DNA from: an uncultured Verrucomicrobiae bacterium
GTDB taxonomy: Bacteria > Verrucomicrobiota > Verrucomicrobiia > Chthoniobacterales > UBA10450
Assembly: GCA_963756875.1 (NCBI GenBank)
Contig: CAVWPA010000001.1
Coordinates: forward strand, 544,001 to 608,000
Length of the DNA stretch: 64,000 bases
Reading direction: 5' to 3'
Shown: positions 53,123-63,877 of the stretch, in pieces
How positions within the stretch are numbered: position 1 is the first letter of the stretch
How the letters are laid out: every line of letters starts with the position of its first letter
Program-made: the position numbers and the translations under genes
Notes under the pieces: generated by a model
What the model saw: the letters and a program-made list of their open reading frames with translations, nothing else
The model's database searches: none
What the model was told of the DNA's origin: nothing

Positions 53123-53596
53123 ATGTCGCGACGGAGAAAGGTTTATAAAAAGGAAGAGCGCGTCGATTCCCGCTATGGGAGTCCGGCGGTCGCGCGGCTC
53201 ATTACCACCGTGATGAAGCGCGGCAAGAAATCGCTCGCGGAGCGGATTGTTTACACCGCGATCGAGAAGTCGCGCGAAGGGTCCGATTCAGTCGATCCGC
53301 TGGAAGTGATAAACAAGGCGATCGAAAACGTTCGTCCGCGCCTGGAGGTCAAGTCTCGGCGCGTCGGCGGCGCAACGTATCAAGTGCCGATGGAAGTCAC
53401 ACCCGCCCGGCAAATTTCTCTCGCGACCCGCTGGATTGTTCTGTACGCGGACAACCGAAAAGGCATGCCAATGGCAGAGGCGCTCGCGCAGGAAATCAAG
53501 GACGCGGCGTCGGGCCAGGGGAACGCGATCAAGAAGCGCGAAGACACACATAAGATGGCGCAAGCGAACCGCGCGTTTGCGCATTTCCGCTGGTAA
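53123..53596 (+). CDS. rpsG: 30S ribosomal protein S7
   Basis: SRRVGGATYQVP, ANRAFAHFRW. Confidence 0.99.
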   Translation: MSRRRKVYKKEERVDSRYGSPAVARLITTVMKRGKKSLAERIVYTAIEKSREGSDSVDPLEVINKAIENVRPRLEVKSRRVGGATYQVPMEVTPARQISLATRWIVLYADNRKGMPMAEALAQEIKDAASGQGNAIKKREDTHKMAQANRAFAHFRW

Positions 53597-53602
53597 AGAT
53601 TT

Positions 53603-55780
53603 ATGCCTGCTACGCTCGAGAAAAAACAAGCCGGTTCGAAGAATCCGAATTCGCCGAATCGCAAATTCCCGCTTGAGCGGACGCGCAACATCGGCATCGC
53701 CGCGCACATCGACGCGGGCAAGACCACGATTACCGAGCGCATCCTGTTTTACACCGGTATGATCCATAAGATGGGCGAGGTGCACGAAGGCACGACGGTG
53801 ACCGACTGGATGGAGCAGGAGCGCGAGCGCGGCATCACGATTACGTCGGCTGCGACCACCTGTGCCTGGACGCAGCGCAAAGAAGAGGGCGTTTACAAGA
53901 CTTTCGAAGGCATCAAGCAACGGATCAACATCATCGACACACCCGGGCACGTCGATTTCACGGCGGAGGTGGAGCGTTCCCTGCGCGTGCTCGACGGCGC
54001 GATCGCGGTTTTCGACGGTGTTGCCGGCGTGCAGCCGCAATCCGAGACAGTCTGGCGCCAGGCGACCAAGTACAACGTGCCGCGGCTTGCGTTCATCAAT
54101 AAAATGGACCGCGTGGGCGCCGACTTTGCAATGTCGGTGGAGAGCATCCACAAAAAACTCGGCGCGAACGCCTGGCCGGTCCTGCTGCCGCTCGGCAAGG
54201 AGGATCAACTCAAGGGCCAGATCGACGTCATTAATAAGAAGGCGATCCTTTATTCCGACAGCGATCAGCTCGGGTCGATCTACGAAGTTACGGACTTACC
54301 GAAGGAGTACGTCGATGTTGTTGAGAAAGCGTACAGCGACCTGGTCGAACAAATTTCGAATCTTGACGACGAACTTGCCGAAGCAGTTCTCGAGGAAAAA
54401 CCAATCACCCCAACGCTACTCAAGGCCGGTATCCGCCGGCAGACGATCGCGAATAAATTCGTTCCGGTGATCGGCGGCTCGGCGCTAAAAAACATCGGCG
54501 TTCAGTACCTTGTCGATGCCGTGGTCGATTATCTGCCCAGTCCGCTCGACATTCCGCCAGCCAAGGGACAAAACCCGGATACGGGCGAGGCGATGGAAGC
54601 GATCACCGATGACAACGGCACGTTCTGCTCGATCGCGTTTAAGTTGTGGAGCGATCCGTTTGTCGGAAAGCTCGTTTTCTTTCGCGTTTATTCCGGCACG
54701 CTGAGCAAAGGCGACACAGTCTACAATCCGCGCACGAACAAACGTGAGCGGATTTCCCGTTTGATACAGATTCAGGCGGACAAGCGCGAAGATATCGAAA
54801 CCTGTTACTCGGGCGACATCGCCGCCATCGTTGGTATCAAAAATATCACGACGGGCGACACGCTATGCGACGAGGACCATCCCATTCTGCTCGAGCCACC
54901 GTCGTTCCCTGATCCGGTCATTTCCATGGCCATTGAACCCAAGACGAAGGTCGATCAGGAAAAAATGTCGATCGCGCTACAGCGGCTCGCTGAGGAGGAC
55001 CCGACTTTCCGCGTTTACACACACGAAGATACCGGCCAGACGATCATCGCCGGAATGGGCGAGTTGCATCTGGAGATTATTCGCGACCGGATGTTCCGCG
55101 AATTCAAGGTCGATGCGAATGCCGGCAAACCGCAGATCGCATATCGTGAAACCATTACGACGAATGCGCACGGCGTCGGGAAATTGATCAAGCAATCCGG
55201 CGGGCGCGGTCAATACGGCCACGTCGAGGTCGATGTGCGACCCGCCGAGCGCAGCAAGGGTCTGCTCGTCGAAAACAAGATCGTCGGCGGCATTATCCCG
55301 CGCGAATACATTCCGGCTGTCAAAAAAGGCATCGAGGAAGCCGTGCTTACCGGCGTGCTCGGCGGATATCCGGTGGTCGATGTCGAGGTCGATATTGTTT
55401 ACGGGAGTTTCCATGAAGTGGACTCGAACGAGCTCGCTTTCAAAATGGCGGCGATTTTCGCGGTGAAGGACGGTTTCAAGCAGGGCAAACCGATTTTGCT
55501 CGAGCCGATCATGAAGGTCGAAAATATCACGCCGGAAGAATATCAGGGCGACATCTGCGGCGACCTTAGCCGGCGCCGTGGCGCGATCAGCAGCATCGAG
55601 ACGCGCGGTAACATGGTGATCATTCACGCCGAGGTTCCGCTTGCCGAGCTTTTCGGTTACGCCACCGCGATTCGATCGCTCTCCAAAGGCCGCTCGAGTT
55701 ATTCCATGGAGCCTTCGCACTTCGACCCGGTGCCGGCGAATCTGGTCTCGGCGATTCTCGACCAAAAGGAGGACAAATGA
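53603..55780 (+). CDS. fusA: elongation factor G
   Basis: [30 protein letters not shown] motifs. Confidence 0.99.
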   Translation: MPATLEKKQAGSKNPNSPNRKFPLERTRNIGIAAHIDAGKTTITERILFYTGMIHKMGEVHEGTTVTDWMEQERERGITITSAATTCAWTQRKEEGVYKTFEGIKQRINIIDTPGHVDFTAEVERSLRVLDGAIAVFDGVAGVQPQSETVWRQATKYNVPRLAFINKMDRVGADFAMSVESIHKKLGANAWPVLLPLGKEDQLKGQIDVINKKAILYSDSDQLGSIYEVTDLPKEYVDVVEKAYSDLVEQISNLDDELAEAVLEEKPITPTLLKAGIRRQTIANKFVPVIGGSALKNIGVQYLVDAVVDYLPSPLDIPPAKGQNPDTGEAMEAITDDNGTFCSIAFKLWSDPFVGKLVFFRVYSGTLSKGDTVYNPRTNKRERISRLIQIQADKREDIETCYSGDIAAIVGIKNITTGDTLCDEDHPILLEPPSFPDPVISMAIEPKTKVDQEKMSIALQRLAEEDPTFRVYTHEDTGQTIIAGMGELHLEIIRDRMFREFKVDANAGKPQIAYRETITTNAHGVGKLIKQSGGRGQYGHVEVDVRPAERSKGLLVENKIVGGIIPREYIPAVKKGIEEAVLTGVLGGYPVVDVEVDIVYGSFHEVDSNELAFKMAAIFAVKDGFKQGKPILLEPIMKVENITPEEYQGDICGDLSRRRGAISSIETRGNMVIIHAEVPLAELFGYATAIRSLSKGRSSYSMEPSHFDPVPANLVSAILDQKEDK

Positions 55781-56088
55781 CCGACGGCCAGCGCATTCGC
55801 ATCCGTTTGAAAGCATTCGATCATCGCATGCTGGACCAATCCGCCGTGGAGATTGTGGAAACCGCGAAGCGCACCGGCGCACGCGTGGCCGGCCCGATCC
55901 CGTTGCCGACGTTGATCGAGAAGTTCACCGTGAACCGCTCGCCACACGTCGATAAGAAATCGATGGAACAATTTGAGATCCGCACGCACAAACGCCTGCT
56001 CGACATTATCGAGCCGACGGCAAAGACAGTGGATGAGTTGAAGAAATTGAACTTGCCTGCGGGCGTTGATATTACGATTAAGATTTAG
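55777..56088 (+). CDS. rpsJ: 30S ribosomal protein S10
   Basis: [22 protein letters not shown]. Confidence 0.99.
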   Translation: MTDGQRIRIRLKAFDHRMLDQSAVEIVETAKRTGARVAGPIPLPTLIEKFTVNRSPHVDKKSMEQFEIRTHKRLLDIIEPTAKTVDELKKLNLPAGVDITIKI

Positions 56089-56123
56089 ATTAAGCCGCTT
56101 GAGAATTTTGCTGCACCGCCAAC

Positions 56124-56870
56124 ATGAAAATCGGGTTACTTGGACAAAAAATCGGCATGACCAGCGTTTACGACGCCAAGGGCAGGCTGCATCCGGTGAC
56201 CGTGATTGCCGCGGGCGATAACGTTCTGTTGCGCCGGATCGCAACCGAGAACAACGGCTATTCGGCCGTGCAGGTCGGCTTCGCTTCCCAAAAAGAATCG
56301 CGCGTGACCAAGCCGTTGCTAGGGGAGTTCAAGAAGGCCGGCGCGGAGCCGAAAAGCTTTATCCGCGAATTTCGCCTGAAGAGCGATCTTCCGGAAGGCG
56401 AAATCAACCTGGCGGTGACGCAGTTTCAACCTGGCGATTTTGTCGACGTGATCGGGCGCTCCAAAGGAAAAGGATTCCAAGGCGTGATGAAGAAGCACAA
56501 TTTCCACGGGCAAGGCGCGGCGCACGGTTCAAAAACACACCGGCGCAACGGAGCGATCGGCAACCGGTCCACTCCCGGACGAATCTGGAAAAACATGGGC
56601 ATGCCGGGTCATCTCGGCGACGAGCGGGTTACCGTGCAAAACCTGCAGGTGATGCAAATTCGCGAGGCCGAGAAAGTGATTTTGATCAGTGGCGCGGTTC
56701 CCGGCCCGAATGGCAGCTACGTGGTCGTTAGGCCGGCGATCAAGGGACGAACGGCAAGACCTGAAGCGGCGAAGAAGCCGGAGGCCGCTAAAAAAGCCGA
56801 GGCTGCCAAAAAGCCGGAAGCTGCGAAGAAACCGGAGGCCGCAAAGGAAACGCCCGCGGCGACTAAATGA
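56124..56870 (+). CDS. rplC: 50S ribosomal protein L3 with a PEAAKK-repeat tail
   Basis: KIGMT, GKGFQG, MPGHLG. Confidence 0.98.
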   Translation: MKIGLLGQKIGMTSVYDAKGRLHPVTVIAAGDNVLLRRIATENNGYSAVQVGFASQKESRVTKPLLGEFKKAGAEPKSFIREFRLKSDLPEGEINLAVTQFQPGDFVDVIGRSKGKGFQGVMKKHNFHGQGAAHGSKTHRRNGAIGNRSTPGRIWKNMGMPGHLGDERVTVQNLQVMQIREAEKVILISGAVPGPNGSYVVVRPAIKGRTARPEAAKKPEAAKKAEAAKKPEAAKKPEAAKETPAATK

Positions 56871-57580
56871 GCGCGAAAGTTTTGACCAAAGCGGCGGCCA
56901 AGGAAGCGAAGATCGACGTCATCGAAGACGGTCGCGGTACGCAGGCGGTACACGACGTGGTGGTCGCGATGCGTGCGGCGAGACGCTCGGGATCGGCGAA
57001 CACGAAAACCAAGGCGGAAGTCGACATGTCGGGCTCAAAGCCCTGGCGGCAAAAGGGTACAGGGCGCGCGCGCGCCGGTTACGTTTCGTCGCCGGTGTGG
57101 CGTGGCGGCGGCGTAGTATTTGGACCGAAGCCGCGCGACTATTCGAAGAAGGTTTCAAAAAACGCGCGACGTCTGGCGTTTCGTAAGGCATTGAGCGAAC
57201 GAATCAAAGCAGGAGACGTCCTTACGATCGACAAGTTCGCCGTCGCGGAGCTGAAGACGAAGTCGTTCGTATCGATGGTGAGGAAAGCGACCGATGCAAA
57301 CAAGGTTCTCATCATTTCGGATTCGTTCGATGAAAAGACCTTTAAATCCGCGCGAAATGTGCAGCCGGTGAAGCTCGCGATGGCGTCCGAGGTGAACACA
57401 GAGCAACTGCTCGCATTTGAAAAAATCCTGGTTACGCAAGCTGCGCTCGCAGAGCTGGCAAAGCGTTTAACGCGGCCCTCACCTGGCGCGTCGCGTCCTC
57501 CTCTCCCTGAGGGAGAGGGAAGGGCGAGGGCGTCTGCAAAAGGTGAAGAGAAAGAATCGGCGAAAGAAACGCGCGAATGA
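56867..57580 (+). CDS. rplD: 50S ribosomal protein L4 with a C-terminal extension
   Basis: KPWRQKGTGRARAG, GGGVVFGPKPR. Confidence 0.98.
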   Translation: MSAKVLTKAAAKEAKIDVIEDGRGTQAVHDVVVAMRAARRSGSANTKTKAEVDMSGSKPWRQKGTGRARAGYVSSPVWRGGGVVFGPKPRDYSKKVSKNARRLAFRKALSERIKAGDVLTIDKFAVAELKTKSFVSMVRKATDANKVLIISDSFDEKTFKSARNVQPVKLAMASEVNTEQLLAFEKILVTQAALAELAKRLTRPSPGASRPPLPEGEGRARASAKGEEKESAKETRE

Positions 57581-57858
57581 ACGAGCCTCACGATATTATC
57601 CAAACGGCGTCGTTGACGGAAAAATCGACGTTGCTGGGCGAGAAACAGAACAAGTATGTGTTTCGAGTCAGCCCGCGCGCCAACAAGATTCAAATCAAAC
57701 AGGCGATCGAGCGCTTGTTTCACAAGAAGGTTGTCGACGTCAATACGTGCAATTACGCGGGCAAAATGAAACGCGTCCGCGGCCCGCTCGGCCGCCGGCC
57801 TCATTGGAAGAAGGCGATCGTGACACTGGCGGAAGGCGAAAAAATCGACCTGCTTTAA
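57577..57858 (+). CDS. rplW: 50S ribosomal protein L23
   Basis: [22 protein letters not shown]. Confidence 0.97.
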   Translation: MNEPHDIIQTASLTEKSTLLGEKQNKYVFRVSPRANKIQIKQAIERLFHKKVVDVNTCNYAGKMKRVRGPLGRRPHWKKAIVTLAEGEKIDLL

Positions 57859-57862
57859 TTTT

Positions 57863-58711
57863 ATGGCACTGAAAAGTTATCGTCCGCTCACACCGACCCA
57901 GCGTTTCAAGTCGCTTCCCGGCTTTGACGAAATCACACGGGCGAAACCGGTGAAAAGTCTGGTGGAGCCGAAAAGGAGAAGTGGTGGCCGAAATAATTTT
58001 GGCCGGCTCACATCGCGCCACATCGGCGGCGGTCACAAGCAGAAATATCGCAAAGTCGACTTTGCGCGGCGCAAGCGCGGCGTGTCAGCTGAGGTGCTTG
58101 GCGTGGAGTACGATCCGAATCGCTCCGCGCGCATCGCCCTGATCAAATATACGGACGGCGAGCTGAGCTATATCCTTGCGCCGGACGGGCTACTTATCGG
58201 CGCAACGGTTGCGGCGGGGGACGATGTTGCTCCCGAACTCGGCAACGCGCTGCCGCTGCGTGCGATCCCGCTCGGGACAAGCATTCACAATATCGAATTG
58301 ATGCCTGGCCGGGGCGGCAAGGTTGCGCGCAGTGCCGGTCAGCAGGCAATCTTGAACAACCTCGAAGGGGGTTACGCGTTGGTGAAAATGCCGTCCGGAG
58401 AAATCCGGCGGATTCACGAGAACTGTTTCGCCACCATCGGCCAGGTCGGCAATGTCGATCACATGAATGTCTCCAGCGGCAAAGCTGGGCGGACACGCTG
58501 GCGCGGGCGACGCCCCCATGTGCGCGGCATGGTCATGAACCCGATTGATCATCCAATGGGCGGCGGCCAGGGGAAATCGAAAGGGGGCGGCGGCCGGCAC
58601 CATCCAGTCAGCCCGTGGGGACAATTGGCCAAAGGATTTAAGACGCGCAGCAAACACAAACCGAGTGATCGGTTTATTTTGGAAAGGAGAAAGTCGAAGA
58701 AAAAAGCCTGA
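57863..58711 (+). CDS. rplB: 50S ribosomal protein L2
   Basis: [19 protein letters not shown]. Confidence 0.99.
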   Translation: MALKSYRPLTPTQRFKSLPGFDEITRAKPVKSLVEPKRRSGGRNNFGRLTSRHIGGGHKQKYRKVDFARRKRGVSAEVLGVEYDPNRSARIALIKYTDGELSYILAPDGLLIGATVAAGDDVAPELGNALPLRAIPLGTSIHNIELMPGRGGKVARSAGQQAILNNLEGGYALVKMPSGEIRRIHENCFATIGQVGNVDHMNVSSGKAGRTRWRGRRPHVRGMVMNPIDHPMGGGQGKSKGGGGRHHPVSPWGQLAKGFKTRSKHKPSDRFILERRKSKKKA

Positions 58712-58770
58712 TCCTGTAGCCGCGGCGTTCTGACTAATCCGCGTGGGCTGCAAACTTCTACTTGAAATTT

Positions 58771-59049
58771 ATGGCAAGATCATTGAAGAAAGGCCCCTTC
58801 GTCGAGTCGCATCTGCTGGAGAAGATCGATAAGATGAACTCTTCGGGTGCGAAAAAGGCGATCAAGACCTGGTCGCGGCACTCGATGGTGACGCCGGATT
58901 TTGTCGGTCACACGTTTTTGGTTCATAACGGAAAGATTTTTCATTCCGTTTTCATAACCGAGAACATGGTCGGGCATAAACTCGGCGAATTTTCGCCTAC
59001 GCGGATGTTTAAGAAACACGGATCGCACACGGCGAAGGTAACGAAGTAA
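58771..59049 (+). CDS. rpsS: 30S ribosomal protein S19
   Basis: [19 protein letters not shown]. Confidence 0.98.
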   Translation: MARSLKKGPFVESHLLEKIDKMNSSGAKKAIKTWSRHSMVTPDFVGHTFLVHNGKIFHSVFITENMVGHKLGEFSPTRMFKKHGSHTAKVTK

Positions 59050-59886
59050 GTGAATTTGCGGATTACGAATTGTGAATTGCGATTGTCGACATGGGCAGCC
59101 GCTATTTCGCAATTTGTGATCGGGGGAGCGTTAGTCTGCTACGGCAGCGACGCAGGGAAGAGTTCTTTGTCAGAATCTAAAATTGAAAACGCGGAGCAAA
59201 AAGTGACCGCGGCAGCGTTACTTGCGCAAGACAACGATTTGCGAAAGCAATTGTCGATGGCACGGGAATCGGTCAGAACTCTGACCGCGAGCCTGGCGGA
59301 GTCGAATGCCGAGGCGGAGGTGTTTCGCCGCAAGTATTCCGATTTGGAACTGCGGATGGAGGCGCTCGGGCTCGAGTCGGCGAACAAGGATCGCGCAAAG
59401 CTGGAGCAGCGGCTGCTGGCAGCGGTAAGCGATTTGCGTCTCGCCGAAGATGAGCGGGACGAGTATCGCGATCACATGCTGCGACTGAACGAAGCGATCC
59501 TGCGATATTTGAAAACGTCGCAGGGCGGCGACGCGCAGGCGCGAATGGATGTGGAAGCGCAGTTGCGTAGCGCGAATCAGCTGGTGACCAAATCGGCTCG
59601 CGCGTCTGCCGGGTCGGCAGCGCCGGGTTTGATGGACGGCAGCGTAATCAGCGTGAAGGACGAATGGTCGTTCGTGGTCGGCAATCTGGGGGAACGGCAG
59701 GGTGTGAAAATTGGGATGCCGCTGCGTGTGCTGCGCGGTGACCGGAAGATCGCAACGTTACGTGTGGTCGATGTCCGGCAGCGGATTTGCGGCGCGGTGA
59801 TTCAAGACATGGTTTCTGAGAAAGAAAAAATAAAAGTGGGCGATCGCCTCCAGGCGGATGTCCACGCGAATGTGAGTTTGAAATGA
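59050..59886 (+). CDS. non-ribosomal coiled-coil protein with a C-terminal beta domain (FlgT-C-like)
   Basis: Clean 278-aa ORF with a hydrophobic N-segment, a long coiled coil, and NLGERQGVKIGMPLRV...KVGDR; start uncertain. Confidence 0.7.
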   Translation: MNLRITNCELRLSTWAAAISQFVIGGALVCYGSDAGKSSLSESKIENAEQKVTAAALLAQDNDLRKQLSMARESVRTLTASLAESNAEAEVFRRKYSDLELRMEALGLESANKDRAKLEQRLLAAVSDLRLAEDERDEYRDHMLRLNEAILRYLKTSQGGDAQARMDVEAQLRSANQLVTKSARASAGSAAPGLMDGSVISVKDEWSFVVGNLGERQGVKIGMPLRVLRGDRKIATLRVVDVRQRICGAVIQDMVSEKEKIKVGDRLQADVHANVSLK

Positions 59887-59891
59887 GGAGA

Positions 59892-59974
59892 GGTTACAAG
59901 GTTAAAAGAGTTACAATGTTACAAGGGCGAAATGAGCTGCCGCTGTAACGATGTAACTTTTGTAACCATTTAAC
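59892..59974. repeat. octamer-like array (GTTACAAG) with an inverted arm (TGTAAC)
   Basis: Seen directly between the inserted gene and rplV. Confidence 0.7.
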
Positions 59975-59982
59975 TGCAACGC

Positions 59983-60477
59983 ATGGAAGTCAGATCGATA
60001 TATAAATATGCGCGGATTTCGCCGTTCAAGGTGCGCGAAGTCACGCGTGAGATCCAGGGTCTGCCGGTTTCGGCCGCGCTCGATCTGCTTTCCTTTACGC
60101 CGAAGAAGGCCGCGTTCCTCGTCGGCAAGACGCTCAAGAGCGCAGTCGCCAACGCGGAAAACAACGCGAATCTCAAAGCGGACGGGTTGGTGGTGAAGGA
60201 AGCCGTGGTGGGCGAGGGTCCCACGTTCAAGCGCATCATGGCGCGAGCGCGCGGAAGCGCGAGCCAAATTCTAAAACGCACGAGTCACATTCGTATTGTG
60301 CTTTCGGACGAGATCCAAATTGAAACACGGGAAACGAGAAAGGCCAGGAAGAAGCAGGAAACGAAAGCGTCGCAAAAAGAGGCAAAGACCGGCGAGACGG
60401 CCGAAGGATCCACGGCTCCCACGGGAAAAAAGGGAGCGAAGGGAAAGAGGACAGGAAAGCCCAAGTCGAAAAAGTAA
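59983..60477 (+). CDS. rplV: 50S ribosomal protein L22 with a Lys-rich tail
   Basis: RISPFKVR, SAVANAENN, KRTSHI. Confidence 0.97.
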   Translation: MEVRSIYKYARISPFKVREVTREIQGLPVSAALDLLSFTPKKAAFLVGKTLKSAVANAENNANLKADGLVVKEAVVGEGPTFKRIMARARGSASQILKRTSHIRIVLSDEIQIETRETRKARKKQETKASQKEAKTGETAEGSTAPTGKKGAKGKRTGKPKSKK

Positions 60478-60485
60478 TCTAATTT

Positions 60486-61175
60486 ATGGGACAAAAAGTT
60501 AATCCGATTGGTTTTCGATTGGGCATAAACCGCGACTGGCGCTCGCGCTGGTACGCCTCCCCGCAGGAGCTTCCGGCGTTTTTGCACAGCGACCTGAAGA
60601 TCCGCAATTACGTCAAGAAGAAGCTGCAGTTTGCGGCCGTTTCCAAGATCGTGATCGAGCGCGCGTGGAATTCGATTCGCGTCACGATCCATACCGCACG
60701 TCCCGGGATTGTGATCGGTCGCAAAGGCGCGGAGATCGAAAAAATGACCGAAGAGATTTCGAAGATGGCGCAGGGCAAGCAGATCAAGATCGACATCCAG
60801 GAAATCAAGACACCGGAACTCGATGCGCAGTTGGTTGCTGAAAACGTGGCGCTGCAAATCGAGCGCCGTATCGCCTATCGTCGCGCCATGAAAAAAGCGG
60901 TGCAGATCGCGATGGATTTTGGCGCCGAAGGAATTCGGTTGCGTTCCTCCGGCCGTCTGAACGGCGCGGAAATCTCGCGCTCGGAATGGTATAGGGAAGG
61001 CAAAGTGCCCCTGCATACGTTGCGGACCGCAATCGATTATGGTTTCGCCGAAGCGAACACGGTGTACGGGAAGATCGGGGTAAAATGCTGGATGTGTAAA
61101 AAGGAAGAGGTCCCAGTGGAAGCGCCGGCCGCGCCTGCTCCTCCTCCGCCGCCCCCTGAGCCTGCTCAAGTTTAA
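60486..61175 (+). CDS. rpsC: 30S ribosomal protein S3
   Basis: [27 protein letters not shown]. Confidence 0.99.
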   Translation: MGQKVNPIGFRLGINRDWRSRWYASPQELPAFLHSDLKIRNYVKKKLQFAAVSKIVIERAWNSIRVTIHTARPGIVIGRKGAEIEKMTEEISKMAQGKQIKIDIQEIKTPELDAQLVAENVALQIERRIAYRRAMKKAVQIAMDFGAEGIRLRSSGRLNGAEISRSEWYREGKVPLHTLRTAIDYGFAEANTVYGKIGVKCWMCKKEEVPVEAPAAPAPPPPPPEPAQV

Positions 61176-61186
61176 GGAGAAGATTT

Positions 61187-61609
61187 ATGCCTTTGATGCC
61201 GAAACGCGTGAAGTATCGAAAGTCCCAGCGGGGAAGCCGCAAGGGAACGGCCTCGCGCAACCTCAGGATCGATTTTGGCGAGTTTGGCTTGCAAACGCTC
61301 GAGCGCGCCTGGATCACAAACACGCAGATCGAGGCTGCGCGTGTGGCGTTGACTCGCAATATGAAGCGCAAGGGCAAGTTGTGGATCCGAATTTTCCCCG
61401 ACAAATCGGTCACCGGACGCCCGCCGGAAACGCGCATGGGCAAAGGCAAGGGACAACCCGAATTTTGGGTCGCGACCGTGCGTCCGGGAAACATTCTGTT
61501 CGAGCTCGACGGCGTCCCGGAATCCGTCGCGCGCGAATCGTTGCGACTGGCGGCCGACAAGTTGCCGGTGCGGACAAAATTTTTGAGCCGCCACCACGTG
61601 GTGGCGTGA
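61187..61609 (+). CDS. rplP: 50S ribosomal protein L16
   Basis: [15 protein letters not shown]. Confidence 0.98.
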   Translation: MPLMPKRVKYRKSQRGSRKGTASRNLRIDFGEFGLQTLERAWITNTQIEAARVALTRNMKRKGKLWIRIFPDKSVTGRPPETRMGKGKGQPEFWVATVRPGNILFELDGVPESVARESLRLAADKLPVRTKFLSRHHVVA

Positions 61610-61615
61610 TTATTT

Positions 61616-61819
61616 ATGAAGATCAAGGAAATCATGGAGATGAGCGTGGATGAGTTGCTGACGAAGCGACGGGACCTGCGCCAGGAACGCCTGCATTTAC
61701 GTTTGCAGCAGCAAAGCGGCCAGCTTGAGCAGCCGAGCCGGTTACGTCTGTTGCGGCGCGACGTGGCGCGAATCGAAACTGTGCTCTCTCATCGAGCCAA
61801 AGAAGCGAAAAAGAAATAA
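61616..61819 (+). CDS. rpmC: 50S ribosomal protein L29
   Basis: Operon position and LRRDVARIETV. Confidence 0.95.
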   Translation: MKIKEIMEMSVDELLTKRRDLRQERLHLRLQQQSGQLEQPSRLRLLRRDVARIETVLSHRAKEAKKK

Positions 61820-61822
61820 TTT

Positions 61823-62152
61823 ATGGCCCAGCAAGATCGAGAAACGGCTGAGGCGGCGGCGCCATCCCCTTCAGGAGCGAAACCGCCGCCGTTGCCGGCC
61901 TCCTACACCCGGGCCCGGCGCAAGACTCGGGTCGGCGAAGTGATTTCGGACAGGATGAACAAGACGATCGTCGTTCGCACGATCACGCGCGTTCCGCATC
62001 CGAAGTTCGGCAAGATTGTGAAGCAAATGAGAAAATTTTACGCGCACGATGAAGAAAACAAGGCCAAGACCGGCGATACGGTGCGCATCATGGAAACGCG
62101 GCCGCTCAGCAAATTGAAGCGTTGGCGACTGGTGGAAGTGCTCCAAAAATAG
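61823..62152 (+). CDS. rpsQ: 30S ribosomal protein S17
   Basis: [25 protein letters not shown]. Confidence 0.97.
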   Translation: MAQQDRETAEAAAPSPSGAKPPPLPASYTRARRKTRVGEVISDRMNKTIVVRTITRVPHPKFGKIVKQMRKFYAHDEENKAKTGDTVRIMETRPLSKLKRWRLVEVLQK

Positions 62153-62172
62153 ATCAACTAATTGGCAAATAT

Positions 62173-62538
62173 ATGGTTCAAATTCGATCCAGACTGGATG
62201 TGGCCGATAATACCGGCGCCCGCATGGCAACCATGATCGGCGTGATCGGGAAGCGGACGCTTTCCGCCGGGATCGGCGATGTGATCACGGCCAACGTAAA
62301 AGAGGCGAGCGCGACGGGAACAGTTAAGAAAGGCGAAGTTGTTCGGGCGGTTCTGGTCCGCACAAGGCAGCCGATTCGTCGCGAGGACGGATCGTTTCTC
62401 CGCTTCGATAACAATGCGATCGTCATCATTGATAAGGATCTCAATCCGCGCGGGACGCGCATTTTTGGGCCGGTCGCGCGCGAATTGCGCGAACGTAATT
62501 TCATGAAAATTGTTTCGCTGGCCCCGGAAGTTTTATGA
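62173..62538 (+). CDS. rplN: 50S ribosomal protein L14
   Basis: [26 protein letters not shown]. Confidence 0.98.
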   Translation: MVQIRSRLDVADNTGARMATMIGVIGKRTLSAGIGDVITANVKEASATGTVKKGEVVRAVLVRTRQPIRREDGSFLRFDNNAIVIIDKDLNPRGTRIFGPVARELRERNFMKIVSLAPEVL

Positions 62539-62852
62539 ACCGAATCAAGTTCCACGTTAGGAAAGGCGACCAGGTCGAGGTCATTTGCGGGAACTTTCGC
62601 GGTTCGACGGGAAAGATCCTCGAGGTCATACCGGGCAAGCAACGGGTGCTGATCGAAGGCGTGCGAATCATCAAAAAGCACCTTCGGAAGTCCGAAGATA
62701 ATCCGCAGGGGAGAATCGCCGAGCGGGAGGGGCCGATTCACATTTCAAACGTAAAATTGATTGAGCGTGCTGCGCGCGTGGAGAAGAAAAAGACCGCGAA
62801 ACCGGAAAAGGAAAAGAAGCGCGGGCGGAGCCGCAAGGCGAAAGAGGAGTAA
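62535..62852 (+). CDS. rplX: 50S ribosomal protein L24
   Basis: KOW motif [18 protein letters not shown]. Confidence 0.97.
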   Translation: MNRIKFHVRKGDQVEVICGNFRGSTGKILEVIPGKQRVLIEGVRIIKKHLRKSEDNPQGRIAEREGPIHISNVKLIERAARVEKKKTAKPEKEKKRGRSRKAKEE

Positions 62853-62894
62853 CTTTGGGAGACCCTGCGACATTGCTCGAAATAAGAGGTTAAA

Positions 62895-63467
62895 ATGGAG
62901 AACGAATTTTATCGCGATTATAAGGACCGGGTGATACCGGCGCTTCGCGAACGACACAAATATAAAAACGCGCATCAGATTCCGCGCGTTGAAAAGGTGG
63001 TGATCAACACCTCCGTCGGCTCGCAATCAGACGTGAAGCAGGCGCTGGAGGAAGCGAAGGCGGAGCTTGCCCTGATAACCGGTCAACACCCTGTCGAAAC
63101 GTGCGCGAAGAAAAGCATTTCCAATTTCAAGTTGCGCAAGGACCAGCCGATCGGCGCGAAAGTTACCTTGCGCGGCGGGCGCATGTACGAATTTCTCGAA
63201 CGGTTGATCAAGGCGGCGTTGCCGCGGATTCGGGACTTTCGCGGTGTGTCGCCCCGTTGCTTCGACGGACACGGTAACTACACGCTCGGCGTCTCGGATC
63301 AATCCATTTTCCCCGAAGTCGAGCTTGATAAAATTAAGCGCAATATCGGATTTGATGTTACAATTGTAACGACCGCGCAGACGGATGAAGAGGCTAAGTC
63401 GCTCTTGAGCGAGATGGGAATGCCATTCACCGATCGGGCGAAAAAACCGGCTGCGCGAGCCGCCTGA
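62895..63467 (+). CDS. rplE: 50S ribosomal protein L5
   Basis: [19 protein letters not shown]. Confidence 0.98.
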   Translation: MENEFYRDYKDRVIPALRERHKYKNAHQIPRVEKVVINTSVGSQSDVKQALEEAKAELALITGQHPVETCAKKSISNFKLRKDQPIGAKVTLRGGRMYEFLERLIKAALPRIRDFRGVSPRCFDGHGNYTLGVSDQSIFPEVELDKIKRNIGFDVTIVTTAQTDEEAKSLLSEMGMPFTDRAKKPAARAA

Positions 63468-63472
63468 CTTTC

Positions 63473-63871
63473 ATGAGCACTGTGACAGATCCAATTGCAG
63501 ACTTGTTGGCGCGTGTGCGCAACGCCACCCGTGCGCAGAAGATGGAAATGTTTGTTCCCTATTCGAGGATCAAGGCAGACGTCGCTCGCATTTTGAAAGA
63601 AGAAGGCTACATCACGGATTACTCCGTGGATACAAGTGCGGCGCATCCGCGAATCAAAATCACGAACAAACTGGCCGATCGCACCAGCGCGATCACAGGA
63701 TTGCGGCGCGTGAGCCGGCCCGGTTTGCGGCGCTACGTTGGAGCGAAAGAAATCCCGCGCGTTTTGGGGGGAATGGGGACCGCAATTCTTTCGACATCGC
63801 GGGGAGTCATGTCGGGTCGCGAAGCTAAAAAACAAAAAGTGGGCGGCGAGCTGCTGGCCTACGTTTGGTAG
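63473..63871 (+). CDS. rpsH: 30S ribosomal protein S8
   Basis: DPIADLL, SRPGLRRY, GGELLAYVW. Confidence 0.98.
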   Translation: MSTVTDPIADLLARVRNATRAQKMEMFVPYSRIKADVARILKEEGYITDYSVDTSAAHPRIKITNKLADRTSAITGLRRVSRPGLRRYVGAKEIPRVLGGMGTAILSTSRGVMSGREAKKQKVGGELLAYVW

Positions 63872-63877
63872 AATTTT

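Noticed and set aside
58714..58752. Possible GTAG REP remnant between rplB and rpsS
   Set aside because: TGTAGCC...GGCTGCA ends are present but too degenerate to call
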